Shown: positions 1 to 10,059, numbered from the stretch's first letter. The stretch: DNA of 64,000 bases from an uncultured Gemmatimonadales bacterium (GCA_963809895.1 CAWELD010000003.1:1472001-1536000), one strand, 5' to 3'. Numbers and translations: made by a program. Notes: generated by a model not told the origin, from the letters alone.

Positions 1-172
1 CGTAGTCCCGCAGCAGGGCGTCGAGCTCCTCGCCGAAGGCCGGGTCCCGGCGAGCGTCGGCCCAGGCCTTCTCCAGCTCGTCGAGCGCGGTCATCAGCGT
101 CTCGGGCACGTAGCGCCCACCGAATGTCCCGAAGCGTCCCGTGCGGTCCGCCGACGTCACCGATTCACTCAC
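1..172 (-). CDS. trpB: Tryptophan synthase beta chain, N-terminus (runs off the window edge)
   Basis: Hand translation from GTG at 172: [37 protein letters not shown]...LLRDY. [10 protein letters not shown] is the TrpB N-terminal motif. Start overlaps the trpF stop (GTGA). Confidence 0.93.
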   Translation of the reverse strand, partial: MSESVTSADRTGRFGTFGGRYVPETLMTALDELEKAWADARRDPAFGEELDALLRDY

Positions 173-855
173 GTGGGGTCCTCGTCGTATGCGTTGCGTG
201 CCATGCGGATGAAGCTGCGAACCCGCCCGGCGTCCTTGATGCCCGGACGGATCTCCACACCGGAGCTCACGTCGACCACGTCGGGCCGGAGCCGGCGTAT
301 CGCTTCGCCCACGTTGTCCGGCTGCAAGCCGCCGGCCGCGATGAAGGTCAGATTCCCGGGGAACTCGTCGCGCAGAGGCGCCACCAGATCCCACGGGAAT
401 CGCACTCCCGACCCGCCACGATGCTCCGGGTGCCAGCCGTCCAGAAGAAGGCCGTCCGCCAGGGGGCCGTACAGGTCCAGCGCCTCCCGCACCTCGGCGG
501 CCGTACGAACGCGGAGCGCCTTCCACAGCCGCCAGGACCCCAGCTCCCGCAGGGCCTCCAGCACCCTTGGGGCTTCGTTGCCGTGCAACTGGAGCACGCT
601 GGCGCCCGTAGCCCGGGCGAGCTGCGCGGCCCGGGACGGCGTCTCGTCGACCAGCACGCCCACCAGGGGGCGGCCCGTCTCGCCGGGGTAGCGGGTCGCG
701 AGCCCCGGCTCCACGGACCTGCGAAAACCGGTGGACAGGATCGCACCGAGATAGTCGGCGCCGGCGTGGGCCGCTGCAAGGGCGTCCTCGAGGCGGGTGA
801 TCCCGCAGATCTTCACCTCGGGACCGAGCCGATCCTCCATCTCCGGGTCAGCCAC
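169..855 (-). CDS. trpF: Phosphoribosylanthranilate isomerase
   Basis: [28 protein letters not shown] and VDVSSGVE motifs; lies between trpC and trpB. Start could be ATG at 840. Confidence 0.95.
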   Translation of the reverse strand: MADPEMEDRLGPEVKICGITRLEDALAAAHAGADYLGAILSTGFRRSVEPGLATRYPGETGRPLVGVLVDETPSRAAQLARATGASVLQLHGNEAPRVLEALRELGSWRLWKALRVRTAAEVREALDLYGPLADGLLLDGWHPEHRGGSGVRFPWDLVAPLRDEFPGNLTFIAAGGLQPDNVGEAIRRLRPDVVDVSSGVEIRPGIKDAGRVRSFIRMARNAYDEDPT

Positions 856-1675
856 GGACGGTCTCGCTGCGGGCCCGGCCGGCCAGCTCCCGGACCTTCG
901 CCCCCGGGTCCGGCGCCTTCAGGATGGACTCGCCCACCAGCACGGCGTCCACGCCGGCCTTGCCGAGCCGGGCTACGTCGTCACCGGTACGGATGCCGCT
1001 CTCGGAGACCACCACCACCTCGTCGGGAAGGCGCTCCAGCAGGCCTTCGGTGACGGCGAGATCGGTTCGGAAGGTACGGAGATCTCGATTGTTGATCCCG
1101 ATCACGCGCGCGCCCGAGCGCAGCGCTCGCTCGAGCTCGGTGGCGTCGTGCACCTCCACCAGCGCCGCCATCCCCAGACCCTCCGCCCGTTCCCTGAGAT
1201 CGCGCAGGGGGGCGTCGTCCAGGATGCGCACGATGAGGAGCACCGCGTCGGCCCCGGCGGCCCGGGCCTCATCGACCTGGATCGCTTCCAGGGTGAAGTC
1301 CTTGCGGAGCGCGGGCAGCGGCACGGCGTCGCGCACCGCGGCCAGATCGTGGAGAGAGCCACCGAACCAGGGGCCGTCGGTGAGCACGCTGACGGCGGCC
1401 GCGCCGGAGCGCTCATAGCCCGACGCCAGGTCGGCCGGGTCCAGGTCCGGACGGATGGCCCCCGCCCCCGGCGAGCGGCGCTTCACCTCGGCGATGACCG
1501 ACACCGAGTCACCCCCGGCCAGCGCCCCGGCGAAATCGCGGGCCGCCGGTGCCGCCTCGGCGCGCTCCCGGAGCTCGGCGGCGGCGGGCTTCAACGCCGC
1601 GATCTCGGTGCGCTTCGTCTCGACGATGGCCTGCAGGATGTCGCCCTGCGGCCTCGATCCTTGCGTTTCGGGCAA
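848..1675 (-). CDS. trpC: Indole-3-glycerol phosphate synthase
   Basis: IAEVKRRSPG, SVLTD, LRKDF, GINNRDL and SESGI motifs. Start placed at TTG 1675 behind AAGGA, because the ORF-track start at 1744 overlaps lexA. Confidence 0.93.
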   Translation of the reverse strand: MPETQGSRPQGDILQAIVETKRTEIAALKPAAAELRERAEAAPAARDFAGALAGGDSVSVIAEVKRRSPGAGAIRPDLDPADLASGYERSGAAAVSVLTDGPWFGGSLHDLAAVRDAVPLPALRKDFTLEAIQVDEARAAGADAVLLIVRILDDAPLRDLRERAEGLGMAALVEVHDATELERALRSGARVIGINNRDLRTFRTDLAVTEGLLERLPDEVVVVSESGIRTGDDVARLGKAGVDAVLVGESILKAPDPGAKVRELAGRARSETVRG

Positions 1676-1689
1676 CGTTCGGGTATCCT
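1661..1689 (+). promoter_or_regulatory. Putative sigma70-type promoter of lexA
   Basis: TTGCGT(1661-1666)-N17-TATCCT(1684-1689), about 40 nt upstream of the lexA ATG. Confidence 0.65.
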
Positions 1690-1709
1690 TACTTCGGTTC
1701 CTGTTCGGT
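1666..1709. promoter_or_regulatory. Two candidate LexA operators, YTTCGG-N5-GTTCGG
   Basis: TTCGG at 1667/1678 and at 1693/1704, each pair with an 11-bp period. One pair lies in the promoter spacer, the other over the expected start site. Confidence 0.6.
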
Positions 1710-1730
1710 ACCCACCGATGGAGGGCACGC

Positions 1731-2342
1731 ATGCCCCTGACCAAGCGTCAGAAAGAGATCCTCGATCACATCAGCGCGTTCATCGAGGAGTGGGGGTACG
1801 CCCCGAGCTTCGAGGAGATCGCCGAGCATTTCGGGTATTCCTCGCTGGCGACGGTGCACGAGCACCTGAGCAATCTGGAGCGCAAGGGATACATACGGAA
1901 GGCCTACAACGAGAGCCGCTCCATCGAGCTCGTGGACCGCGACGGAAGCGGCACCTCGGGCATGGAGCTTCCCCTCCTCGGAAGCGTGGCCGCGGGCCTC
2001 CCCATCGAAGCGGTCGAGGACAACGAGACCCTGAGCGTGCCACCGGACATGGTGCGGCGCAACCGGGAGAACTACGTGCTCCGGGTGCAGGGTGACTCGA
2101 TGATCGACGAGCAGATCCGCGACGGGGACTACATCGTGGTGGCGGCGCAGGACACCGCCGACGACGGGCAGATGGTGGTGGCGCTGGTGGGCGGGGACTC
2201 GGCCACCGTGAAGAAGCTCTACCGCGAGGCGGGCAACCGCATCCGCCTGCAGCCGGCCAACCCCACCATGTCCCCCATCGTGGAAGACGCCCGCAACGTC
2301 CGTATCCAGGGCGTGGTCGTGGGCGTCATCCGCAAGTACTGA
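1731..2342 (+). CDS. lexA: SOS repressor LexA
   Basis: LTKRQKEIL...GYAPSFEEIA wHTH, VAAG cleavage site, GDSM (Ser) and TVKK (Lys) catalytic dyad; GGAGG SD before ATG 1731. Confidence 0.97.
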   Translation: MPLTKRQKEILDHISAFIEEWGYAPSFEEIAEHFGYSSLATVHEHLSNLERKGYIRKAYNESRSIELVDRDGSGTSGMELPLLGSVAAGLPIEAVEDNETLSVPPDMVRRNRENYVLRVQGDSMIDEQIRDGDYIVVAAQDTADDGQMVVALVGGDSATVKKLYREAGNRIRLQPANPTMSPIVEDARNVRIQGVVVGVIRKY

Positions 2343-2512
2343 TGCCCGCCGAGACCGCGCGCCGGCGCACCTTCCTGGTGGGTCGGCTCACGCACCGGAC
2401 CCGGGAGATCCAGTGGGTGGAGCCCCAACCGTCACCGCTCCCGGGGCCGTGGTCGCTCAAGGCGGTGGTGCGGGAGCGCGCCCTGCAGCCCGCGCTCCGG
2501 CTGGTGCGCTGA
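2342..2512 (+). CDS. 56-aa hypothetical protein translationally coupled to lexA
   Basis: TGATG overlap with the lexA stop; nearly all codons end in G/C. Translation: MPAETARRRTFLVGRLTHRTREIQWVEPQPSPLPGPWSLKAVVRERALQPALRLVR. Not in the ORF track (shorter than its smallest entries). Confidence 0.6.
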   Translation: MPAETARRRTFLVGRLTHRTREIQWVEPQPSPLPGPWSLKAVVRERALQPALRLVR

Positions 2513-2555
2513 CCGCCGCTGGTCAGGGGCAATCCCGAGGATTCCCCGGCGGCCT

Positions 2556-3611
2556 TCAGGCGTTGGAGGCTGCAGCCAGCGCGTCGAGCTTGGACAGCGC
2601 AGCGCCCGAATCGATGCTTTCGCGGGCGACCGTCACACCCTCCTCGAGAGACGCGGCGGCGTCTGCCACGTAGATGGCCGCGCCGGCGTTGAGGAGCACG
2701 GCCGAGCGCGCGGCGCCCGACTCCTTCCCCTCGAGCACCCGCCGGATGAGGGCGGCGTTGTCCTGGGGCTCCCCTCCCCGCAGTCCCTCGAGCCCGTGCG
2801 GCTCCAGACCCAGGCCAGCCGGCGTCACCTCGCGCTCCACCACGCCGTCGGGGCCGAGCTCCGAGACCTGTGACGGACCGCTGGGGCTGAGCTCGTCCAT
2901 GCCCGGCGAACCGTGCACCACCAGCGCCCGCGTGTGACCCAGGGCGGCCAGCGCCTCCACGATGAGGGTCCGCAGCGCCGGGTCGGCCACGCCCACCACC
3001 TGCCGGCGCGCGCCCGCGGGGTTGGTGAGGGGTCCCAGGATGTTCATGATGGTGGCGATTCCCAGGCCACGACGGACCGGCGCCACGTGCCGCATGGCCG
3101 GGTGAAGAAGCGGTGCGAACATGAAGACGATCCCCACCTCGGCGAGGATCTCGCCCATGCGCTCGGGCGTCAGATCGATGCGCACGCCCAGCGCCTCCAG
3201 CACGTCGGCGCTGCCACTGCGCGAAGTGAAGGAGCGGTTACCGTGCTTGGCCATGCGCACCCCGGCGCCGGCGGCCACCAGCGCCGCAGCGGTGGAGATG
3301 TTGAAGGTGGTCACGGCGCCACCGCCGGTGCCGGCGGTGTCCACCAGCGCGTCGGGATCGGCCGACTCCACGGGAACCATGGCGTTGCGCAGCGCCCGCA
3401 CGCCGCCCGCGACCTCGGCAGGAGTGATGCCCTTGGTTCGGAGCCCCATGAGCAGGGCGGCCATCTCGATGTCGGTGGCCACCCCGGCCATGAAGGCGTC
3501 GAAGGCCTCCTCGGCCTCGCCGATGGTCAGGTCCGCGCCGCCGGAGACCTTGAGGAGGAGGGCCGGAAAGTCCGGAAGCGGGGCCTCGGTGGGCGGAGGC
3601 GTCTGCGCCAT
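2556..3611 (-). CDS. trpD: Anthranilate phosphoribosyltransferase
   Basis: DTAGTGG, FNIST, KHGNRS and NILGPLTNP motifs. Confidence 0.97.
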   Translation of the reverse strand: MAQTPPPTEAPLPDFPALLLKVSGGADLTIGEAEEAFDAFMAGVATDIEMAALLMGLRTKGITPAEVAGGVRALRNAMVPVESADPDALVDTAGTGGGAVTTFNISTAAALVAAGAGVRMAKHGNRSFTSRSGSADVLEALGVRIDLTPERMGEILAEVGIVFMFAPLLHPAMRHVAPVRRGLGIATIMNILGPLTNPAGARRQVVGVADPALRTLIVEALAALGHTRALVVHGSPGMDELSPSGPSQVSELGPDGVVEREVTPAGLGLEPHGLEGLRGGEPQDNAALIRRVLEGKESGAARSAVLLNAGAAIYVADAAASLEEGVTVARESIDSGAALSKLDALAAASNA

Positions 3612-3702
3612 GGAAGCGGCCTTCGAGAAGCGGAGGGTGGTCGGGAGCCAGAATGCCTAATCTCCCGTGCGCGCGGCGTCAAATCGGCACGCCCCGGCTC
3701 GC

Positions 3703-3730
3703 TTGACTTCGACCGCGCCGCCTCTACCTT
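3703..3730 (+). promoter_or_regulatory. Putative promoter of truA (probably leaderless)
   Basis: TTGACT-N16-TACCTT, ending 6 nt before GTG 3737; no SD present. Confidence 0.5.
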
Positions 3731-3736
3731 TCCGGC

Positions 3737-4567
3737 GTGTCATCCGGGGAGAAGCGCCGCTTCGAGCTCACGCTCCAGTACGACGGAACCGACTTCCACG
3801 GCTGGCAGGTCCAGCCGGGTCTCCGGACCGTCCAGGGCGTGATCGAGGCGGTGGTGGCCCGCATCACCGAACGGCACCGCACGGTGCTGGCTTCGGGGCG
3901 CACCGACACCGGCGTCCACGCCACCGGTCAGGTGGCCACCCTGGACGTGCCGGCGAAGTGGACGGGGCCCACACTGCGGAAGGCCGTCAACGCACTCCTG
4001 CCGCGCGACGTCTGGTTGGCGGGCATCCGGGAGGTACCGAACACCTTCCATCCTCGCTACCATGCAATAGCGCGCACCTATCAGTACCGGCTGGGACTGG
4101 CGCCCGAGGCCTTCTCGCCCTTCCAGCGGCCCTGGTGCTGGGCGATGGACGAGGCGCTGGACCGGTCGGCCATGGAGGCCGCCGCGGCGCTCCTTCCGGG
4201 CGAGCACTCGTTCCTCGGCTTCGCGAAGTCGGGGCAGCCGGAGCGCGGCGATCGCTGCACGGTGCACGCGGCGCGCTGGAGCGCGTGGGAACGGATGGGG
4301 CTGGTCTTCACCATGACCGCCAACCGGTACCTGCACCACATGGTGCGCTACCTGGTGGGAACCATGGTGGAGGTGGGTCGGGGCCGACGGCCGTTCGAGG
4401 ACGTGGGCACCCTCCTGGAGGATCCCGGGGGCGACCTGAGAACGTCGCCCCCAGCGCCTCCCGAGGGTCTCTACCTCGCTCGAGTGGAGTACCCTCCGGA
4501 AGCCTACGAGGCGACCCGGAGCGTTGCCGTTACCGAACCCGAGAGCCGGAGTCCGTCCGAGCCATGA
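3737..4567 (+). CDS. truA: tRNA pseudouridine(38-40) synthase
   Basis: [27 protein letters not shown] and APPEGLYL motifs. Confidence 0.97.
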   Translation: MSSGEKRRFELTLQYDGTDFHGWQVQPGLRTVQGVIEAVVARITERHRTVLASGRTDTGVHATGQVATLDVPAKWTGPTLRKAVNALLPRDVWLAGIREVPNTFHPRYHAIARTYQYRLGLAPEAFSPFQRPWCWAMDEALDRSAMEAAAALLPGEHSFLGFAKSGQPERGDRCTVHAARWSAWERMGLVFTMTANRYLHHMVRYLVGTMVEVGRGRRPFEDVGTLLEDPGGDLRTSPPAPPEGLYLARVEYPPEAYEATRSVAVTEPESRSPSEP

Positions 4568-5220
4568 AGATCTTTCTCGACACTGCCGACGTGAACGAGA
4601 TCCGCCGCGCCGCCGATGCGGGTCTCATCGACGGGGTCACCACGAACCCCTCCCTCCTGTCCAAGGTCGCCGGTGACCGGGATCCCCAGGACATCTTCCT
4701 GGAGATCTGCGAAGCCGTCGATGGTCCGGTGAGCGCCGAGGTGGTCGCCGTGGAGCGCGACGACATGGTCAAGGAGGGCACGCGCCTGGCCAAGATCCAC
4801 GACAACATCGTGGTGAAGTGCCCCCTCACCGAAGACGGGTTGCGGGCGTGCCGCGCGCTGACCAGCGACGGGATCCACGTCAACGTGACGCTGTGCTTTT
4901 CGCCCACCCAGGCCATGCTCGCCGCCAAGGCCGGAGCCACCTACATCTCGCCCTTCGTGGGACGTCTGGACGACATCTCGCACGACGGCATGCATCTGGT
5001 GTCGCAGATTCGCCAGATCTACGACAACTACGAGGTCGAGACCCAGATCCTGACGGCGTCCATCCGTCATCCCCGCCACGTGGTGGAGGCGATGATCATC
5101 GGAAGCGACTGCGGGACCATGCCGACCAAGGTGCTGTACCAGCTTCTGGAGCATCCGCTGACCGACAAGGGACTGGACGGCTTCCTGGCGGACTGGAAGA
5201 AGCTGGGCAAGGACCTCTGA
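4564..5220 (+). CDS. tal: Transaldolase (short TalC/Fsa type)
   Basis: [35 protein letters not shown] and HPLTDKGL motifs; ATGA overlap with truA. Confidence 0.93.
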   Translation: MKIFLDTADVNEIRRAADAGLIDGVTTNPSLLSKVAGDRDPQDIFLEICEAVDGPVSAEVVAVERDDMVKEGTRLAKIHDNIVVKCPLTEDGLRACRALTSDGIHVNVTLCFSPTQAMLAAKAGATYISPFVGRLDDISHDGMHLVSQIRQIYDNYEVETQILTASIRHPRHVVEAMIIGSDCGTMPTKVLYQLLEHPLTDKGLDGFLADWKKLGKDL

Positions 5221-5263
5221 CGCGGCCGGCGAACCACGACGCAGCGGCGGAGACGGATCACAA

Positions 5264-6739
5264 ATGACCTCGCGCAAGAACTTCTCGAGCACCCCCGTCG
5301 TCCTGGGTGCGACACTGATACTGGCCCTGTCTCTCGGCGCCTGTCGCGATGCCGACGGCCAGGGCGCACCCGACCAATCCCCGGCGGCCCAGACGGCGCT
5401 GGCACAGGAATCACCCTCGGAGGCGCCCCAGGCGCTCCAGGACGCCGCCCAGCAGGTGGACGCCTCGCGACGCACGGCCATCGTGCAGGCCGCCAATCGC
5501 GTGGCGCCGGCCGTGGTGACGGTGAACACCCGGCGCACGGAGCGGGTGCAGCCCCGGAGCCTGTGGGAGAGCTTCTTCCTGCCGCCCGGTGCCGCCCGTC
5601 GCGTGGCCGGGCTCGGCTCGGGCTTCGTCATCGACGGCGACCAGGGCTACGTGCTCACCAACAACCACGTGGTGGAAGGGGCCGACAGCGTCATGGTGAC
5701 CTTCCCCGACGGCCGGGACTTTCCGGCGACGGTGGTGGGGACCGACCCGGTGACCGACGTGGCGGTGATCCAGTTGCAGGGTGACGGTCCGTTTCCCGAG
5801 GCGCCCCTGGGCACCTCCGAAGGCCTCCTCATCGGCGAGTGGGTGGTGGCCATCGGCAATCCCTTCGGCTACCTCCTCTCCAACACCGAGCCCACCGTCA
5901 CCACCGGCGTGGTGAGCGCCGTGGGCCGCGACATCGTGCCCGACGCCAACAGCGGTGAGCAGGGGTCGTATCTGGGGATGATCCAGACCGACGCCTCCAT
6001 CAACCCGGGCAATTCGGGCGGGCCGCTGGTGAACGTGCTGGGTCAGGTCATCGGCGTGAACTCCTCCATCTTCTCGCGCAGCGGGGGGAGCGAGGGACTG
6101 GGCTTCGCCATCCCCATCGATCGGGCGCTCCGCTCCGCCCGCGACCTCATGGCCAGCGGCACTGTGCACCGCGCCTGGCTGGGCGTGGACGTACAACCGG
6201 CCGAGGCCGACTCCTGGGGACGCACCCGCGGCGTGCTGGTCTCACGTGTGGTGGGCGGCTCGCCGGCGCAGAAGGCCGGGCTCCGGCCCGGGCGCCGCAT
6301 CATGGACGTGAACGGCCACCGGCTGGCCGTGCCCCTGGACTGGCAGGACGTCATGCTGGACCTGAGGCCCGGCGACCAGGTGGAGCTCCACGTGGAGGGG
6401 AGCGACCAGCCCCTCCGGCTGACGGCCACCACCTCGCCCCTGGAGGACGCCGAGCGGGTCACGGCGCTGGACGAGATGCAGCTCATCTCGCTCACGCCGC
6501 AGATCCGGGGTGAGTTGGGCGTCGCGGCCGAGCAGGGCGCGGTGGTGGTGAAGGTGAGCGACGCCATCCAGGCGCAGCTCGACTTCCGCGAGGGCGACGT
6601 CATCGTGCGCATCAACGGCACCGCCATCACCAGCGCCCAGCAGGCCGCCAGCACCCTGGACGGGCTGGGGCCCGGTCGGGTGGAGATCATCCTCGAGCGC
6701 GGTGGCAGCTACGTGACCCACCGCTTCATCTGGCGGTGA
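5264..6739 (+). CDS. HtrA/DegP-family serine protease with two PDZ domains, probable lipoprotein
   Basis: GSGF, TNNHVV, DVAV and IQTDASINPGNSGGPL motifs; lipobox LGAC. Confidence 0.92.
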   Translation: MTSRKNFSSTPVVLGATLILALSLGACRDADGQGAPDQSPAAQTALAQESPSEAPQALQDAAQQVDASRRTAIVQAANRVAPAVVTVNTRRTERVQPRSLWESFFLPPGAARRVAGLGSGFVIDGDQGYVLTNNHVVEGADSVMVTFPDGRDFPATVVGTDPVTDVAVIQLQGDGPFPEAPLGTSEGLLIGEWVVAIGNPFGYLLSNTEPTVTTGVVSAVGRDIVPDANSGEQGSYLGMIQTDASINPGNSGGPLVNVLGQVIGVNSSIFSRSGGSEGLGFAIPIDRALRSARDLMASGTVHRAWLGVDVQPAEADSWGRTRGVLVSRVVGGSPAQKAGLRPGRRIMDVNGHRLAVPLDWQDVMLDLRPGDQVELHVEGSDQPLRLTATTSPLEDAERVTALDEMQLISLTPQIRGELGVAAEQGAVVVKVSDAIQAQLDFREGDVIVRINGTAITSAQQAASTLDGLGPGRVEIILERGGSYVTHRFIWR

Positions 6740-6746
6740 GGCGCCC

Positions 6747-8196
6747 ATGACCCAACCCGACCTGTCCCGCTACCGGCATCCGCTCACCGAGCGCTACGCG
6801 TCGCCGGAGATGCAGGCCGTCTTCTCGCCGGCCCGGCGCTACGGCACCTGGCGTCGGCTGTGGCTGGCGCTGGCCGAAGCGGAGCGGGAGCTGGGTCTGG
6901 ACATTCCCGACGAAGCGCTGGACCAGATGCGCGGGGCCCTGGAGCGCCTGGATCTGGACAAGGCGGCGGAATACGAGCGCCGCTTCCGCCACGACGTCAT
7001 GGCGCACGTGCACCTTTTCGGTGACGACGCACCGGCGGCCCGGGGCATCATCCACCTGGGCGCCACCAGCGCCTTCATCGGCGACAACACCGACCTCATC
7101 CTGCACCGCGAGGCGCTCTCGCTCATCCGGGATCGCCTGGTGCGCTCCGTCGCGGCGCTGGCGGACTTCGCCCACGAGCACCGCGAGCTGCCCACGCTGG
7201 CCTACACCCACTTCCAACCGGCGCAGCCCACCACGGTGGGCAAGCGCGCCACGCTGTGGATCCAGGATCTGCTCCTGGACGTGGAAGAGCTGGAATTCCG
7301 CCTCGACTCACTGCGCTTCCGTGGCGTGCGCGGGACCACGGGCACGCAGGCGTCGTTCCTGGAGCTCTTTCACGGGGATCACGAGCGGGTCGACCGGCTC
7401 GACGAGCTGGTGAGCGCCAAGATGGGCTTCGCCGACCAGTACGGGGTCAGCGGCCAGACCTACCCGCGCAAGGTGGATCAGGCGCTTCAGGCCACGCTGG
7501 CCGGCGCGGCGGCGTCCATCTCCAAGTTCGGCCACGATCTGCGCCTGCTGGCGCACCTGCGCGAGGTGGAGGAGCCCTTCGAGGCCGAGCAGATCGGTTC
7601 GTCGGCCATGCCGTACAAGCGCAACCCCATGCGGGCCGAGCGCATCTGCGCGCTGGCGCGCCACGTCATCACCCTGGCCCAGGACCCCGCCTTCACGGCG
7701 GCCACCCAGTGGCTGGAGCGCACCCTGGACGACTCGGCCAACCGCCGGCTGTCCATCCCCGATGCCTACCTCACGCTGGACGGCGCCCTGGTCCTCGTGG
7801 AGAACGTGGCCCGGGGACTGGTGGTGCACCCGGCCGTGGTGGCCCGGAACCTGGAGGAGCACCTGCCCTTCATGGCCACCGAGACGCTGCTCATGCACGC
7901 CACGGCGGCCGGGGGCGACCGCCAGGAGCTCCACGAGCGCATCCGCCGCCACGCGCACGCCGCCGCGGCGGAGATGAAAGCGGGCCGGCCGTCGGACCTG
8001 GTGGCTCGCATCGCCGGCGACAACGCGTTCGCCATGGACGCCGCGGCCATCGGAGGAGCTCATGGACGCCCGCCGCTTCGTGGGACGGGCGCCCGAGCAG
8101 GTGGACCGCTTCCTGGCCAGCCGGGTACGGCCCGTCCTCGATCGCCTGCAACCCGCTGCCGACGAACGTCTTGGGGAGCCCGAGGTCCGTGTCTGA
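6747..8196 (+). CDS. purB: Adenylosuccinate lyase (apparent +1 indel near 8052)
   Basis: HDVMAH, HLGATS and SSAMPYKRNP motifs. Removing one G in ATCGGAGGAG restores ...IEELMDARRFVGRAPEQVDRFL...EVRV* ending at 8196. Confidence 0.92.
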
Positions 8197-9136
8197 CACC
8201 GTGATCCGCACCGATCTCCCCCTTCCCCGCGTGCATGAGGGGAAGGTGCGCGACGTCTATGCCGTGGGCGACGACCGCCTGCTCATGGTGGCCAGCGACC
8301 GCGTGAGCGCCTTCGACGTCATCCTGCCCCAGCCGATTCCCCGCAAGGGCGAGGTGCTGACGCAGATCACCGGCTGGTGGCTCCAGCGCCTGGAGCGCGA
8401 CGAGGGGGTGCGCCACCATCTGCTGGCCGTGGACTCCGATCACATCGTGGAGCTACACCCGGAGTTGGCCGCCAGCCGGCCCGGCTGGGAGCGTCGCGCC
8501 ATGCTGGTGCGCCGTACCGAGCCCATCCTGGTGGAGTGCGTGGTACGGGGCTATCTGTCGGGCTCGGCGTGGCGCGAGTACCGGGTGTCGGGTACGCTGG
8601 CCGGAGAGCCGCTCCCTCAAGGGCTCCAGGAGAGCCAGCGCCTGCCCTCGCCGGTCTTCTCGCCGGCCACCAAGGCGCAGGAGGGGCACGACGAGAACAT
8701 CACCTTCGCCGAGGTGGTGGACGTGGTGGGGGTGGAGCGCGCCACGCGCCTGCGCGAGTTGTCGCTCCGCATCTACGAGCACGGTAGAGCGACCTGCGCC
8801 GCCCGCGGTATCCTGTTGGCGGACACCAAGTTCGAGTTCGGCGTCAGGCCCGACGGCACACTCCTCCTCATCGACGAGGTCATGACGCCGGACTCCTCGC
8901 GCTTCTGGCCCGAGGCCGACTACATGGTGGGCCGCGGGCAGCCGTCGCTGGACAAGCAGCCCATCCGGGACTGGCTCGACGCGCTCCCCGACTGGGACAA
9001 GTCGCCGCCTCCGCCGGACCTGCCGCCCGAGGTGGTGGGCGCCGCCTCGGCGCGCTACCTGGAGGTCTTTCAACGCCTCACGGGACAAGCGCTGGACGCG
9101 TGGACCCCGCCCCGCTTCGAGGTGGCCGGCCCATGA
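8189..9136 (+). CDS. purC: SAICAR synthetase
   Basis: GKVRDVY, SDRVSAFD, ECVVRGYLSGS, DTKFEFG and DEVMTPDSSRFW motifs; GTG at 8189. Confidence 0.95.
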   Translation: MSDTVIRTDLPLPRVHEGKVRDVYAVGDDRLLMVASDRVSAFDVILPQPIPRKGEVLTQITGWWLQRLERDEGVRHHLLAVDSDHIVELHPELAASRPGWERRAMLVRRTEPILVECVVRGYLSGSAWREYRVSGTLAGEPLPQGLQESQRLPSPVFSPATKAQEGHDENITFAEVVDVVGVERATRLRELSLRIYEHGRATCAARGILLADTKFEFGVRPDGTLLLIDEVMTPDSSRFWPEADYMVGRGQPSLDKQPIRDWLDALPDWDKSPPPPDLPPEVVGAASARYLEVFQRLTGQALDAWTPPRFEVAGP

Positions 9137-10059
9137 CGCCCCAGGGCCGCGACGACGACGTCGGCGGCGCCACCCCGGGCCGCCGGCGCCCGTCCCTCCA
9201 GCGTGGGGTCATCATCCTGCCCTCGGCCTTCACGCTGGGGAACCTGTTCTTCGGCGTCTACGCCATCGTGGCGGCCACCCGCGGCGATTTCGAATGGGCG
9301 GGCTGGTTCGTGGTCATCGCCGGCGTGCTGGACATGCTGGACGGTCGGGTGGCTCGCTTCACGCGCACGGGCACGCGCTTCGGCGCCGAGCTGGACTCGT
9401 TGGTGGACGCCATCTCCTTCGGCGTCGCGCCTGCGCTCATCATGTACGAGATCTTCTTCCACGATGCCTCGTGGAGCTGGACGCTCTCGTACGTCTACGT
9501 GGTGGCGGCCGTGGTGCGGCTGGCGCGCTTCAACATCGAGCAGGGCGGCGAGGCCAAGCGGGTCTTCCACGGTCTCCCCTCGCCCGCCGCGGGCATGACG
9601 CTGGCCAGCTACTACCCGTTCAGCCAGACGCCCTTCTATCAGACCTATCTGGCCGCCCTGCCCTGGCACCAGATCATGGCCATGGCCATGGTGCTGCTGG
9701 CGGTGCTCATGGTGAGCCACGTGCCCTACGCCAAGGTGCCCCGCATCGGCTTCCGCACGCGCAAGGGCCAGCTCACCACGCTGTGGATCCTGCTGCTGGT
9801 GGTGCTCGCCTTCACCGTGCCCCGCTACTACTTCTTCACCGCCCTGGTCCTGTACATGGCGTGGGGACTCCTGCGCTCCGTCCTCCTGGGCCTGCTGGAT
9901 CGGCTCCCCGAGCGGGACCCGCTCCTGGACGAGGACGAAGACGAGGACGACGAGCTGCCCACCCGGGCCATGGACTACAGAGAATTGACCCCCTCCCGCC
10001 CCCGTCACGGGCCGAAGGCGGGATCCCACCACCCGGACCACCCGGAGACCGACGCGTGA
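9133..10059 (+). CDS. pssA: CDP-diacylglycerol--serine O-phosphatidyltransferase (class II)
   Basis: [12 protein letters not shown]-alcohol motif DMLDGRVAR...[24 protein letters not shown] and GLPSP; several TM helices. Confidence 0.88.
   Translation: MTPQGRDDDVGGATPGRRRPSLQRGVIILPSAFTLGNLFFGVYAIVAATRGDFEWAGWFVVIAGVLDMLDGRVARFTRTGTRFGAELDSLVDAISFGVAPALIMYEIFFHDASWSWTLSYVYVVAAVVRLARFNIEQGGEAKRVFHGLPSPAAGMTLASYYPFSQTPFYQTYLAALPWHQIMAMAMVLLAVLMVSHVPYAKVPRIGFRTRKGQLTTLWILLLVVLAFTVPRYYFFTALVLYMAWGLLRSVLLGLLDRLPERDPLLDEDEDEDDELPTRAMDYRELTPSRPRHGPKAGSHHPDHPETDA

Noticed and set aside
1455..1744. N-terminal extensions of LexA (from 1455) and TrpC (from 1744) in the ORF track
   Set aside because: They overlap each other and the promoter; SD-supported starts exist at 1731 and 1675.
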